DNA of 64,000 nt from Octopus sinensis (Eukaryota), in NCBI RefSeq assembly GCF_006345805.1, contig NC_043006.1:27838001-27902000 (forward strand), read 5' to 3'. The notes below the pieces were generated by a model. It made no database searches. It was not told the DNA's origin and was given only the letters and a program-made list of their open reading frames with translations. Below are positions 62,900 to 64,000 of this stretch, one piece after another. The first letter of the stretch is position 1; every line of letters begins with the position of its first letter. A program made the position numbers and the translations under genes.

Positions 62900-64000
62900 G
62901 TTAGCAAGGAAAATAGCTTTTGTGTGTGATAGATGCACAGGTACAACAAACACCGAAAATGTACAGGAAATAGACTCCATCAACTGCCATGGGGGTAAGC
63001 TAGAGGTAGTAGATAGCTGATTTTATCTAGGTGATCAAGTTAGTAGCATAGCTCTCAGAATAAGATTAGGCTGGACAAAGTTTAGAGAGCTCCTGCCTTT
63101 GCTGGCAAGAAAGGGCCTTTCCCTCAGAATGAAGGCAGATTGTATGATACCTGTATACGAACAACTATGCTACATGGCAGTGAAACATGGGCTGTGACAA
63201 CCAAGGACATGCATAGGCTTGATAGAAATGAAGCCAGTATGCTTTGCTGGATGTGCAATGTCAGTGTGCATGTTCGACAGAGTGTAAAAGTATCTTGAGA
63301 GAAAAGTTAGGCATAAGAGGAATCAGATGTGGTGTGCAAGAGAGACAAATGCGCTGGTATGGTCATGTGATGCATATGGACGAGGACAGCTGTGTAAAGA
63401 AGTGCCGGTCCCTAACTGTGGAGGGGACCTGTGGTAGAGGTAGACCCAGGAAGACATGGGGTGAGGTGGTGAAGCATGATCTCTGAAATTTGGGCCTTAC
63501 AGAGGCAATGGCTAGTGATCGAAACCTTAGGTGATATGCTGTGCTTGAGAAAACCCATCAAGCCAAGTGAAATGGCAGTTGTGGCTGATGCTGGTGTCGC
63601 ATAACCGGCACCTGTGCAGGTGCATGTATAAAACACCTTTTGAGCGCTGAGCTTCACTGAGGCAAAGTGATTGAGCTCCTTTCGAATGTTGGGCCTCACA
63701 GAGGCAATGACTGAGACCTTTGGCATTATGTTTTGCTTGAGAAGAAGACTCATCAAGCCAAATAAAATCGCAGTCGTGGCAGATACCGGTGTCACACAAA
63801 TGGCATCCGTGCCAGTGGTATGTAAAGGCACCTTTTGAGCATTGGGGCTCATGAAGGCAAGGACTGAGATTAATTGGTATTATGCTTTACTTGAGAAAAC
63901 CCATCAAGCCAAGTAAAACTACAGTTATGGCAGATACCAGTGTCATGCAAATGGCATCTGAGCTGGTGGTATGTAAAAGTACCTATTACACTCTGGGAGT
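62900..64000 (+). mobile_element. RTE LINE 3' part with tandemly repeated 3' UTR units
   Basis: ORF 63244-63486 (RWYGHVMHM..GRGRPRKTW); repeated AAAACCCATCAAGCCAA units. Confidence 0.85.

Overview
Eukaryotic, AT-rich and repeat-dense genomic DNA. The SINE and RTE repertoire suggests a cephalopod (Octopus-like); this is an inference from pattern recognition, not from a search. Two host genes are supported, both on the - strand. One is the first coding exon of an Abl-interactor (ABI) gene at 13087-13209, whose intron 1 runs off the left end of the window. The other is an intact 705-aa asteroid/ASTE1-like XPG-type PIN nuclease ORF at 34096-36213, with an inverted, truncated copy of its 5' end at about 18845-19499. 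The rest is mobile DNA: a near full-length GC-rich Penelope-like element (RT + GIY-YIG, about 860-4310), other Penelope remnants, several RTE LINEs with a PHD finger inside the RT, tRNA-type SINEs, non-autonomous Helitrons, an internally deleted Ty3/Gypsy LTR element, Merlin/ISXO2 transposase halves with modular long inverted repeats, and Tigger, hAT, Mariner, Tx1 and CR1 remnants. The signal the ORF track does not show is RNA-level. About eight type I hammerhead-ribozyme motifs from at least five unrelated sequence families are present, all with self-complementary stem III. They include a 390-bp palindrome with one hammerhead on each strand, a divergent hammerhead pair, and a putative U3:A8 core variant. 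All alignments and difference counts were done by eye, and ribozyme activity is untested.
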